Program-made: the position numbers and the translations under genes
Shown: positions 52,140 to 64,000 of the stretch, piece after piece
Layout of the letters: every line of letters starts with the position of its first letter
How positions within the stretch are numbered: position 1 is the first letter of the stretch
Notes under the pieces: model-generated
The model's input: only the letters and a program-made list of their open reading frames with translations
What the model was told of the DNA's origin: nothing
Databases searched by the model: none
Source: Octopus vulgaris
Taxonomy: Eukaryota
Length of the DNA stretch: 64,000 nucleotides
Assembly: GCA_951406725.2 (NCBI GenBank)
Contig: OX597818.1
Coordinates: 106,454,001 to 106,518,000 of the forward strand
Reading direction: 5' to 3'

Positions 52140-53935
52140 ATTGACAAAAGGACAAATGGGGTTGTGCCTGAATGATGCATCAAAAGGAAATGCTGCTGAC
52201 AATTACTGGCCAATTTCTTGCCTCCCATTAATGTGGAAGCGACTGTCAGGAGGAATTGCAGAAGAAGTGTACAAATTTCTTGATGAGAATGATATATTAC
52301 CGACGGAACAAAAAGGCTGTAGAAAGTGATGCAGAGGTACCAAAACCAATTATTGATACACAAAAGGGTTATGCAGGATTGTAAATAAAGGAGAACAAAT
52401 TTGGGAATGGCCTGGATTGACTATCGCAAAGCTTATGACATGATTCCACATTTGTGGATCATCGAGTGCTTAGATCTGTTTGGAATTGCAAAGAATGTAA
52501 CATGTTTCCTGAAGAGAAGTATGGTGGGGGGAAAAACTGAATTGACATCCTACAGAAAAAGCTTGGGCACCCTGGGTATCAGAAGAGGGATTTTTCAGGG
52601 TGAAATCTTATCTCCATCACTTTTAGTTGTCTGCATGATCCCTCTGAGCTTGGTACTTAGGAAAATGTACCTGGGATGTCAGCTAAAGGGAAAATCTCAA
52701 ACAATCAACCACCACCTCTTCATGGATGATTTGAAACTGTGGCAAGGATGAGGCACAAGTGAGTTCCTTGGTAAACACAGTGCACTGCTTTAGTATTGAT
52801 ATTAGAATGGAATTTCTACTCAAGAAGTGTGGAATAATGTACCTAAAAAGAGGCAAGGTACAGTCCCTAGCAAGGTTAGAATTACTGAATAGAGAGCTGA
52901 TTAAACAAATTGAAATGAGAGGCTACAAATACCTTGGCATACTAGAATTCAATGAGATAATGGTGAAAGAAATGAAAGAGCAACTGAGGATGGAATATTT
53001 CTGAAGATTAAGATTGGAGTTGCACTAAAAATTGACTGGATGGAATAAAATCCAAGCAGTTAATACAAGGGCAATAGCATCACTTCAGTATGGAGCTGGA
53101 ATCATAAAATGGTAAAAGGAAGAAATAATGAACATGGATACAAAAACAGGAAAAATACTGACAATGCATGGAGCCTTCCACCCTAAGAGTGACACCGATA
53201 GGCTGTACTTGTCCAGGAAAAAGGGTGGGAGAGGTTTGGTCAATTGCCAAGATTGTATCGAAGCAGAGGAAAACAGCTTAGGGTATTATGTAAAAAATAC
53301 CATGGAACCATTGTTGAAACATATAAAGAAGGTACATGTCGTTAAAACTGGGAATTGTGTAAAGAAAGAAAATTTTAAAGAGGTAAAGAAGACACACACA
53401 AAAAAGAAACAGCATGGAAGGAAAAAATGTATAGTCAGATTGCAAGAGATACGAATGCCAGGACAGGTACAGAAAACTGGTGGCTATGGATGAGGAGGAG
53501 TGACCTGAAGATAGAGACAGAAACATTTAAATGCACAGCTCAAGAACAAGTGTTAAGGACTAACTATGTGAAATGCAGAATCGACAACATTACCAACAGT
53601 GACAAATATAGAGTGTATAGTAAGAAGAATAAACTGGTATGGCACATCATTAATGAATGCCTGAAATAAGCACAACGTGAATACAAAAGACGACATGACA
53701 ATGTGACAAGGATGATCCATTGGGAGGAGCTCTGTGAAAAGACTGCAGAAGGAGTCACTGAAAATAAAAACTGCAAAATCCTGTGGGATGCAATGATTCA
53801 GTGTGACCACCTGATGAGACATCAGAAGCCAGACACTGTCGGGGTGAAAAAAAGAAAAATGAACATGCATGATAATTGACTTGGCATTTCTCAGTGACAA
53901 CAGGATCAAAGAGAAAGTAAAAAAAAACTGACCCC
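52140..53935 (+). mobile_element. R4/Dong-type LINE fragment (RT to RLE)
   Basis: [95 protein letters not shown]. Confidence 0.92.
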
Positions 53936-54119
53936 AATATTTTTTGATATTGTATTTTGTTGACCCTTGTAAGATGAATGGTTAAGTTCTCTTCAGTGGG
54001 ATTTGAAGTCTGAATGTAAAGAGCCAAAAACAATAACTGCAAGATATTTTACCCAAAGTTAATTGTTATACTAAATCCCTGCCCCCAGACAGCTATTACT
54101 AATAATAATAAGGACAATT

Positions 54120-54265
54120 TCTGATTTAGTCACAAGGCCAGTAAATTTGAGAGGAATATTCGAATGAATATGATCAATTCTAGTACTTGAGAGGTTCTTT
54201 ATTTTAAAGATTCCAAAAGAATATAAAGCTAAGTTGATCTTGATGGGATTTGAACTCAGAACATA
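54120..54265 (-). mobile_element. SINE (GACTTTGCCTTTCATCC family), decayed
   Basis: AAGTTGATCTTGATGGGATTTGAACTCAGAAC. Confidence 0.55.
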
Positions 54266-54479
54266 TGAAGGAAATAAGGTGGAAAATATAAATACTTGTG
54301 TCCCGGTAATAACTTACAGTTTGTTTCAAAAGTCTCGTTTGAACATTGGACAGGAAAACATGGAAAATAACAACTGCATTTAGACTACACCGCCCTAAAC
54401 CTGACTTTGAAAGATTTTATTTACCTTGAATATGAGGAAGTGGAGGTCTAATACAACTAGGATTACAAAATATCAAATA

Positions 54480-55460
54480 CAGAATCATGAAAAATTAATA
54501 CAAATAACCTCAAAACAGGAGGAAAACAAAAGACTTCTTTTTCTGTCTTCAAGGAAAATATCTAATACAAAAAAGAAACAGGTAACTAATGAAGAAAATA
54601 GGGAAAAAATAGCTAAACCCTAAACTCTAATAAAATCTAAGCAAGATACCAACAAAACGATGGCAAGGAAGCCTTTATATGGAAAATACTGGAAAGTACT
54701 GAACAAAGCAGAAATAGATAAAGAAAAATCACAGCACTGGTGAAGAAGCAGAGGATTGAAAGCAGAGAGTGAAGGCCCTTGATACAAAGGACCAAAACCT
54801 TAAAAGCAGAAACCACTAAAAGCACATAACGAAGCTAAATATATAAAAGCATATAACGGAGTTAAGCACAGAATATTCAGCAAAGAAGCAATCAACCAAT
54901 ATTATTTCTGGCTGCCCAGAGAAAGAACACATCCATAGCAGGACAGAGTTGGGACTTAGATTGGAAATGATATCAACATTGTGAAGTATTAATTGAAAAG
55001 AGATGGTGTAAACATACACCATAAAAGGTCTATGAGAATAGCAAAGAGGCCATACTCTGGGATATTCCAATACACACAGACAGGAAGATCAAGGCTAACC
55101 AACCAGATATTCATATCAAGGACCGCTAGAAATAAAATGTGTCCTAATTGACATATTAGATTGATTATCTGAAAGTGATGGAGAACTTATCAATATACAA
55201 AGATGTGTGGCCTGCAAACAGAAACAATCCCTATAATAACAGTTACTTTGAGATTGATTAGAAAAAACATGCAGTCAAATACATAACCAAATCCCCATGA
55301 ACAAATATGCGTAAATGCTAAAAATAACACTACTGGGCAGTATATTATACAGGGTACTTTTGATAAAGTAAAAATGGATGAAACAAAACCAAGAGACAGC
55401 ACACTCATGGCACACATAATTGCCCATGGCAATGTAGTGAAAGCATGAAATAAAAAGATA
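54480..55460 (+). mobile_element. R4/Dong-type LINE 3' fragment, decayed
   Basis: IISGCP, ILWDIPIHTDRKIKANQPDI, ETIPII; similar to 14400-14945. Confidence 0.8.
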
Positions 55461-55559
55461 ATTGAATATTAATAACAAAAATAATAATAATGATGATTAC
55501 TCTCATCGAATTTGACATATGAGTGTCTGGAGGAAAAGATTAAAGAGAAAAAAAAAAAG

Positions 55560-56450
55560 ATCCATTTGCAACAGATGTCACTGTAATTTGAGTGGATGTA
55601 TGGATTTTGAAGTCAACAACGGGACAATGATGATTTTGATTTTGCCTGGGATTGGATGTGTCTGTTGACTGTAGGATATAATTCTTCTATTGTTCTGTTT
55701 TTTCAATTTACCTTCTTTAGGTGAATCATGACACATTTTATGTCACTCAAACTTATCCAGACAATAACTTTCCCAAGATATTAAATTAAGTTGTAAGGAT
55801 TTTAGCAATTGTTTCAACTTATTCCGACACCTTAGTAGAGGTCTTTCTTTACCATGGGATCCCTCTAATTGCTGATCATACAAAAGAATTTTTGGAATGC
55901 AATCATCTGCACTGAATTCTCAACAGCAGGCTTTCGATACTGGAGATTTTTCTAGACTTTTGGTATTTGATATCTTTTCTTGCTCTTTTATGTTGCAGAT
56001 ATTATTCAGACTGCGCATGTGAAAGGTTTCAACTTTATATGTCTGGAGGAGGGAACCCATGCATTTGTCCCATACAAAAGTGTTCTCAAAATGCAAAATT
56101 TGTATTCACTTATTTTAGTTTTCAATCTGAAAGCATGTTCCTCTCACTAATGGCGGGAAAGTTTTCCAAAAGCATTTGTAGCCTTAAATATTCTAATATT
56201 GACTTCATCCTCAAGATTTCTCTAAAAGTTTACTCCCAAGATATTTAAATGACCTGACCAATTTGAGTGGCATATTGTCAATCATTATGTTTGAGTTTTG
56301 TTCAGTCCCAGGCATTGGTTGGAATAAAATTGTCAACCGAAATGCATGAGCTGCTGCAGCAAACCTATCAACTACTTCCTAAATTCCTTCAAATATATGA
56401 GAAATCAAAGTGCAATCATCAGCAAACAATCACATAGAAACTCTTCCTTG
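55560..56450 (-). mobile_element. RTE/BovB-like LINE RT 3' half (different family from the main RTE)
   Basis: Minus strand LFADDCTLISH, DRFAAAAHAFRLTI, FKYLGS, DEVNIRIFKATNAFGKL, LKTKI. Confidence 0.85.
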
Positions 56451-56569
56451 GTCATTTGATCTGGTCATTTCCTTGGTCATTTGATCTGAAGCTTTGCCAA
56501 TTTAGATTTAGTAGTGCTAAATAATAATGATAATAATAATAATAATAATGATGATGATGATGATGATAA

Positions 56570-57085
56570 TAGCACCTGTGGAGTACAAATCAAGATATGA
56601 CAGAGTTGGCCAATATCTGTATTGGATAATGTGTCGTCATTATAAAATTATAAAGTCAAAACTACTCACAAATGGCACAAGCACCACCCTGAGGCTGTAA
56701 CTGAGGGAGAAAATGTAACTATTCTTTGGGACTTCCCAGTATATACAGACTGGACCATCAAGGCAAATAAATGAGATATTGTTGAGAAAGACCAAAACAA
56801 TAAAATCTGTTTATTGATTGACATGAGCATACCTTATGACCATAATACCTCGGCAAAAGAATTTGATAAGCTCAGAAAATATAGATTTGCTTATTGAAAT
56901 CGAAAAGATGTGGCATTTCAAGATGGTTACAATACCAGTGATTGTTGGAGCACTTTGAATGATCAAAAAAAGGAACTGAAAATTATCTAAGAATGATCCC
57001 TGGCTTACCATCCATGCAGGAAGTATAAAAGGTTGTCTTAACTGTTATGTCACACGTATTGAGAAGAGCAATGTCACTGTGAATT
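56570..57085 (+). mobile_element. R4/Dong-type LINE 3' fragment
   Basis: ILWDFPVYTDWTIKANK*DIV, LLIDMSIP, IPVIVGAL; preceded by (AAT/GAT)n. Confidence 0.85.
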
Positions 57086-57229
57086 TTCTTTCCTTTCATC
57101 CCCCTTTATTTGCTTACATTTTTTTATTTCTTATTGTTTTTTCCTTTTTCTCTCTATCACACAACTCTGTAAATGAACAATCTGGTGTGTTTGTTTTAAT
57201 GGCCTACCATTGAAAGACTGCACTACAGC

Positions 57230-57740
57230 AGACACTTTAGGGAAGAGGCTGGTAAATTGCATTAACCCCCAGTATTTGACTGGTACTCATTTTATCAACA
57301 CCAAAAGATGAAAGACAAAGTTGATCTAAGCAAGATTTGAACTCAGAATGTTGAGCCAGAACAAATGTCTATAAGCTGTTTGTTCAACGATTTAATGATT
57401 CGACCAAATAATAATTCTTCCTAATTTTAATGCAAAGCCAGCAATTTTGAGGTGGATGGGGATGAGGAGTCAGTTACAATGCTCAACTTGAACTTAGAAC
57501 ATAAAGAACCAGAAGAAAGGCTGCTGGACATTTTCGTCCAATGGGCTGAGGATTCGGCCAGAGGCACAGTTTGAAGGAGGGGGATGAGGTGATTACATCG
57601 ACCCCGGTATTTCACTGGGACTTAATTTATCGACCCCGAAAGGAGGAAAGACAAAAGTGACCTTCATGGAACTTGAACTCAGAACATAGCAGCAGACGAA
57701 ATATTGCTTAGCATTTTGCCTGGCGTGCTAACGAGTCTTA
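57230..57740 (-). mobile_element. Cluster of three SINE copies (GACTTTGCCTTTCATCC family)
   Basis: Repeated CCCC.GTATTT.ACTGG.ACT..ATTT.ATC.AC.CC.AAAG...AAAGACAAA...TTGAACTCAGAA. Confidence 0.75.
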
Positions 57741-60568
57741 ATAATAAAAGAAGAATCTAAGAAATAAATTTTAAAAACCAAATACAACAATTAGTCAGAT
57801 AAATATTCAAGATGAAAATTTAGATCTAAATAACAAGAAGTAACGTGGTGGGGGACATTTTTAAAAATCATTTCTCTTGGGATTTTAGTACAAGATGCTT
57901 GAATAGAATTCCTTCCTTCTGTTTTAAAGAGCCTGCTGAATTCTTTATCACTGCTGCTGCTGCGACTACTACAACTACTACTGATGCTGAAAGACCTGAA
58001 TAATATATTTTATTTGCCTTATTATATTTACTTCTAAATGATTAGACAATAACTTAGGGAAAAACACAAGAATAAATATTAAATGGTTGGCTTCATCTGA
58101 TGCTCTGCTTATATTTAATTACTTTCATGGCAAGAATAAATATTTTAGGAATCACAATGGACCTTAATCTTTTATTGTTTTCTCAGAATTCATTTTCTTC
58201 ATCCTCCCACGGGAGAAATGAATATCCATGCAGAACTTTGAGTAAACAAACTTATATTCCCTTTTGAGTCATCTTTGATTCCCTGTATCTGTCATGGAGA
58301 ATAATTGAATCCATCATTTAGCTTGGCCTGGCAAACCGTCAACACACTTGTCTAGTTCTCTCAAATTGAAAATTCAATAGCTTCTTGGTAATAGCTTTAG
58401 TGTTGATTTTAATATGTAATAGTCATTTTAAACTTGCTAAAAATTGTTTATTATCATCATATATCTAGGTGTCAGAGAAGGTAAGCACCTGGTTATAGAA
58501 AATACCAGTTGTAGACAATATACTTTGTTGTTAGTGTTCTTGAGAAAAACTTAAAGATTTCTATAAAAGATTTCTAAAAATTACTTTAAATTCATGTTAC
58601 CAAAAAGCTGTTGGAAAACCGATTATATCAGCGACTCCATCTAAGAATATCTGAAGAAGGAATTTTATTCCGAAATATTATCAGACTATGGATGACTAAA
58701 TTACAACAGTTATTATAGTCCATTGTTTGTATTATAGTGCATTGTTGTACCATTGAAAACTTTTTATTCTTTATCAAAATATATTTAGGGGAACACTCAG
58801 ATGCATGCAAGCTTCTAATAAGAAAATCCTGTTCTGTGGGTTTGATTCCTATTTATAACAACTTCATTTTACTCACATACATAAATGAAAAAAGAAGAAT
58901 GTTTTATTTTCTTAGTTTACCCAACACCATTAAGCTTTGTGCTTTTGGATGGAATCCAAATTTTAAGTGTGACTAAGAAATAGTTTCAGCCCACAGAATT
59001 ATTACTAGAAATGTTTAAAGATGAGTTAACTATTATTTTCATTGAGTCAATATAGATAAGTATATCCTTCATCTACTGAAATTTAGGAAGGAAAAACTAA
59101 AATTGTAAATCTGGATTCTGGGTTCAAATTCTATCAGAAGAAGCTAGCTTTGGAAACAAAAATGCATAAATATGATGCTAAGATCAATTAACTGGGGGGA
59201 ATATTTAATAGCAAAAATGAATTTAATAAATAGTAAAAGAACTAGTGAGTGATTTCTTTTAGGCTCAAATTTTGTTTTTGAAAGGAGAGGCGTAGTTGAT
59301 TTTATTGACCCTCAACCCTGGTGGCAGGGATGGAAGTGTATTTTTCTTTCTATCAAAGCATCTCATGTATATCAGACTAAGATTAGAGAAATAACTTATC
59401 TATATTAACAATGGGAAAATAAAACAGGAAATGCAACTCTTAAATTGAACACGACACAAATACCATTTGAATACTTGTTTCGTGCAAATAAATAACATTA
59501 TAAATGTTAGTATTAATCTTTAAACTACCACTGCTCTCCCCCAACACACATTTATATGTATGTATGAGTGTTCGTACAAATATATATGCATATGTGTGTG
59601 TGTATGTGTACATACATATATGTATGTGCATTATATGCATTATATGCATTTATGGCTTTCAAAAATTTCCTAAAATCTTATATTGATACATAAGGCAAAA
59701 TAATAATCGAATCTATGCAAGTCAAGGGAATATTTGCAAAAATGTTGTCAATTAAGACAGTTTTGTAGTTAATTATTTGCCTAAGAGCCATTTCACTTCA
59801 CAGGCATTCTCTGCTTTGTAAAGCCCTAGGCTATGTTGTAATTCTTCGGAACATGACAGAACAAAGTAGGCAGATACATGGAACAGATAATAGAGCAAAA
59901 TATGCCGGCATCAACTAATTCATTATGTTGTATGGAAAGTATATTTACTTTGATGACAGATTAGGAGAAGGATTTCGATCACATATAAGTGATATTTAAA
60001 TGTATGCATCCGAATGTCAGGTTTCTCTCGTAGATGAGAGAAATGTTGTTCCTTAAGAAAAAAAAAAGCACCTGCATGTAATGTCTTCAAGGTAGAAAGA
60101 AACCATTACATGGAAGCCATCAAATGTCTCTTCATCTCTGGAAGGCAGCTCAATGACAAGATATGATGCTATTACGATTTCATATTATTCGTTACTGTCA
60201 TTTTTCCTAATGTCTCCCTTGCACAGCTGGCTAACAATTACATTTGCATCATGTCAAACTAACAATGGAAATCTTTATGGTAACTTGATCAGTTAGAAAG
60301 AATACCCAAATATACTTCAAATCACACGTCTCAAGAAAGAACAGATTGGATAATGGAGTCTGAGGTAGAAATTGGCTTGAAGAAAAGAGTCACAGTTTTA
60401 ATGCTTTTAATCATAGATGACCCACTGCTAAACAACAATACCTTCATGTATATATATATCAATATGTCTGTCTATCTGTTTAAATCACACACACACAAGT
60501 GCATACAGAAAAACTAAATACACACACACACGTACACACATATATAAATAGATGTGTGTATTTTTCCC

Positions 60569-61226
60569 TCGAGTGGGTGGAAAGTAAGTAGGCATTAGAA
60601 ATTGTTTATAGAATTTTTAGTGTCACTCAAGTCATGATGAAAGCATTTTTTAAACAGACAGCACTAAGTAGGATTTCTTATTTTCCAGATGATGGTCGTT
60701 CACTTGACTGTTCAGAAGCCAGCTAAGATAGTAGCACCCAATGAAGTGTGGAATGCCATTGTTTTGGTTCAGAGATGGTGGAATGCAGGGAAAGGTAAGC
60801 ATGCAACACTATGACCAGAGACAATAAAAGGTTGTCATGCAAAGCTAATGACCACGGGTTCTGTGAGTGATGCAAGAAGTGGCCTTCCAACCACATCCCG
60901 ATCAGTGAAGAACACGGCAACAGTGCAGGAAATGTTTAATTGCAGCCCACAAAAATCAACAGGTCAAGCAGCTCATGAAAGTGGACTAACAAGACACACA
61001 ATGCATATGGGATTGCATAAAGAAATTAATTTTTGACTATAGAAACCCCATTACGTGCAGGAGCTAAAATCTGAAGACTGTGACTGCAGAATAGAATATG
61101 GAGATTTACTTTCATTTTCCCATGTAATAAAAATTACACATATCATTTTGTTTCAATAAATTTGTAAAAGGAATATGGATTTTATTACCAATTTTTGATG
61201 CCTACTTACTTTGCACCCACCCTGTA
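60569..61226 (+). mobile_element. Tc1/mariner-superfamily transposon, internally deleted (N-terminal HTH half only)
   Basis: TIRs GTGGGTGGAAAGTAAGTAGGCATTAGAAATTG / CAATTTTTGATGCCTACTTACTTTGCACCCACCCTG-TA; peptide TGSVSDARSGLPTTSRSVKN...SPQKSTGQAAHESGLTR...KPHYVQELKSEDCDCR. Confidence 0.88.
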
Positions 61227-61229
61227 TAA

Positions 61230-61278
<49 letters not shown>

Positions 61279-61409
61279 CATAGATAGATAGATAGTTAAT
61301 CAAAATATATTCAATGTGGATACTGTATACTAAATGAATAAGTACTCTTGGTAGGGAAATGTTTAAAACCTTAAAAGTATTTAGACATTGAATAAGAACA
61401 ATTATATAT

Positions 61410-61827
61410 TATAAAGTAAGAACAAGAAAAATTACATTAAAAAAATCATCACAGAAGATATACGTCCAAAATAATATTGTATTAATAGATAATTATATAA
61501 ATATATGAAGTACAATTATTTACAAAGTCTGAAATATCTTACGATCATTTCATGAATGTGTTATATTTCTAATTGAAATCTAAAATTGATAATCATTGTT
61601 GGGTAATACATCAACTCAACAGAGAAATTCACCCTTTTTCTCTGGATTATCAATTTTAGATTTCAATTAGAAGTATAACACATTCATGAAATGACCGTAA
61701 GATATTTCAGACTTTGTAAATAACTGTACTTCATATATTTATATAATTATCTATTAACACAATATTATTTTGGATGTATATCTTCTGTGATGATTTTTAA
61801 TGTAATTTTTCTTGTTCTCACTTTATA
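61410..61827. repeat. Long inverted repeat (~185 bp arms, 50 bp spacer) with hammerhead-like 3' half-sites
   Basis: Arms 61410-61594 and 61645-61827 are near-identical reverse complements; CTTACGATCATTTCATG / CATGAAATGACCGTAAG. Confidence 0.92.
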
Positions 61828-62079
61828 TATATATATATATAATATAGACAAGATTCAGTTGACTAAGGTACTTAAAATTGAGGTACCTAGTTAGGTTGAA
61901 ATAAAATGCACACAACAATTTTATATGAATACCAAGCTTGGTACAGATGAGTATATAATCCACTTTTGAACTATTCAGACATGTATATTTTATTAAATAT
62001 ACAGTCCATAATATACTTCAGAACACACGAGGAGCATGTCCTGTGATAGGAGAATGGAAAATAAGGACAGATGTCAATA

Positions 62080-62165
62080 CAGTACAGCTGTTTCTAACGA
62101 ATATTTTAATTGATAAATGAATACATTATATCATTATAAAAAAAAAAAAACGTTTTCTTCAGCCA
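62080..62165 (-). ncRNA. Hammerhead-like motif (weak stem I)
   Basis: CTGAAGA-a-AACG...CGTT-a-GAAAC-AGCT-GTA-ctg. Confidence 0.55.
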
Positions 62166-62696
62166 AATACATGAATCTTACAATGAAGAACATTTAAAAT
62201 GATCTTTTAAAAAAGGATTTAAACACCATAGTGATATACATATTCAATGATTCCCTTACTAGTTTTGTTGCAAAATGAGCTTACCAAAACAATGTACACT
62301 TTGTCAGTGGGAGGGGATTTCAGAATAATATAGGGGTCAGGGGTCAGTTAGCTTTATGTATGTATATATATATATATATATATATATAACAGCCACTGAT
62401 TTATGGTATATCCTGTAAACTGACAAGTTGATTTAGCTTATATCCATCGCCAATGGAGTGGTGTCAACAATGAGGATTAATTTTATCTGAAATTGGTTGG
62501 CCGATCTGATGGGGAGGCTGACTCGCTTGCCAGTGTATAGAAAGTGCTCTCTTGAACAGAAAATGCTCTTTTCATGGCTAAGAGTTATTTTGGTTCTTAT
62601 TTCTAACAATACTGGTACTAATTTCCACCCTTGATATCTTTTAATGATTGTATTTGTGCCTTTTGGTTCTAAATTGCATCCAGCCACTTTGATAAT

Positions 62697-62729
<33 letters not shown>

Positions 62730-62774
62730 AACCACACACATGCACACACATATATACTGAGAAAAAGGAGACAG

Positions 62775-62889
62775 TCAGAATTTAGGATAATTCTTTATTA
62801 GTGCTTTCGTTTGTTTAACCAAGCTCTTGTCTTGAAGAGTTCATTTAAATGAACGAAAGTGCATTATAAAGAATTATCCAAAATTCTGA
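62775..62889. repeat. Inverted repeat (~44 bp arms) overlapping a hammerhead-like motif
   Basis: TCAGAATTTAGGATAATTCTTTAT / ATAAAGAATTATCCAAAATTCTGA; cTTGAAGA-GTTCA-tttaaa-TGAAC-GAAAG. Confidence 0.75.
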
Positions 62890-62956
62890 TGGCCAACTTT
62901 TTCTCAATGTACAATAACTGTACACCACTTCAAACACTCTATACAAACATATGTAT

Positions 62957-63310
62957 ATCATCATCATCATCATTATCATCATTTAAAATATGTTTCCCAT
63001 GTTGGCATGGATTAGACAGTTTAACTGGAACTGGTAAGCCAGAGAGCTGCACCAGGCACCAGTCTAGTTTGGTTTCTACAGCTGGATGTTCTTCCCATTG
63101 TCAACCACTCCAAGAATGTAGTGGGTGCCTTTTACGTGTCACTGGCACAGGTGCCTCTTAAATGTCATTGCCACAGGTACCTTTTACACGTCCTTGGCAC
63201 TGTGCCACAACTACAACTTCACTTGGCTTCACTTGTCATTGCAAGTACAGCAAATTGCCAATGGTCTCAATCACTTGTCATCACCTCTATGAGACTCAAT
63301 ACCCTTTCTC
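62957..63310 (-). mobile_element. Old RTE 3' UTR fragment
   Basis: Family motifs. Confidence 0.75.
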
Positions 63311-63732
63311 TTTGCAAGATGGTAGACTTTGATATTGAGGGAGATTTAGCTGTTATTTCTTGCAAATCCAACATCTGTAGGGAGATTTATTGGCTTGAAT
63401 GTATGTATGTATGTATATACGTGCTTGTGCATGAGGTGTGTGTGTGTGTGTGTGTATTTAATTAGCAGAAATTACAAAATTACTCAAGGCTCTTATCATG
63501 CTAGGCACCGCACCCTCGGCCCTTCAGTATTATATTGCTTGTATTCATTTTAGAAGGCTAGAATGTGAACAGAGTAACTAAACCAGAAAAGTGAATTCAA
63601 TACTAGTTTATAAATTAGTCCATTAAAAAAACGTATATAGACTTTTGTCAATGATGTGTGTACTGACAATGGTACCAGAGTGTTTCACCATTTTCTGAGG
63701 TTTTTAAATTGCTGAATAGGTAGTAAAATATC

Positions 63733-64000
63733 TCTGTACTTGGCTTTCGTGGACATGGAGAAAGCCTTTTACATGGTCCCCCGATCCCTTATCTGGTAGT
63801 CAATGCAGAAACTAGGGAGAGATGAGTGGTTGGTGAGAGTTGTACAAGCCATGTACAGGGATGCTGTCAATAAGGTTGGCAACGAGCATAACAAAGAATT
63901 CCAAGTAGAAGTAGGGGTTCACCAAGGATCAGTCCTCAGCCCCCTCTTATTCATCATAGTCCTCCAAGCAATAACAGAGGAATTCAAGACAGGCAGCCCT
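63733..64000 (+). mobile_element. RTE LINE reverse transcriptase fragment, runs off the window
   Basis: LYLAFVDMEKAFYMVPRSLIW*SMQKLG.DEWLVRVVQAMY...VGVHQGSVLSPLLFIIVL. Confidence 0.92.

Noticed and set aside
62390-62695. Possible decayed PLE RT on the minus strand (LSKWLD..., SVYR)
   Set aside because: Motifs too degraded to confirm by eye.

Overview
AT-rich, repeat-saturated eukaryotic (animal) genomic DNA with no identifiable intact host gene. The combination of long (TA)n/(CA)n/(CAT)n microsatellites, RTE LINE 3' ends with (GAT)n tails, tRNA-derived SINEs and R4/Dong LINEs suggests an octopus or other cephalopod genome (inference). Nearly all ORFs in the supplied track are microsatellite read-throughs or pieces of decayed transposons. 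Recognisable content: Penelope-like element (PLE) GIY-YIG remnants, about ten R4/Dong-type (RT + CCHC + restriction-like endonuclease) LINE fragments, many RTE-clade LINE fragments, Tigger, Tc1/mariner and piggyBac-type DNA transposon relics or MITEs, non-autonomous Helitron-like elements, and SINEs. The most interesting signal is more than a dozen minimal type-I hammerhead-ribozyme motifs from several unrelated sequence families, one of them with a perfect core. Six of these sit in fold-back (inverted-repeat) cassettes that all share the same polarity, so in the most complete case both strands would carry a hammerhead. Also notable are a PHD-type zinc finger inserted inside the RTE reverse transcriptase and a modular, expandable hairpin array in the RTE 3' UTR. 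All coordinates were read by eye and element boundaries are approximate.
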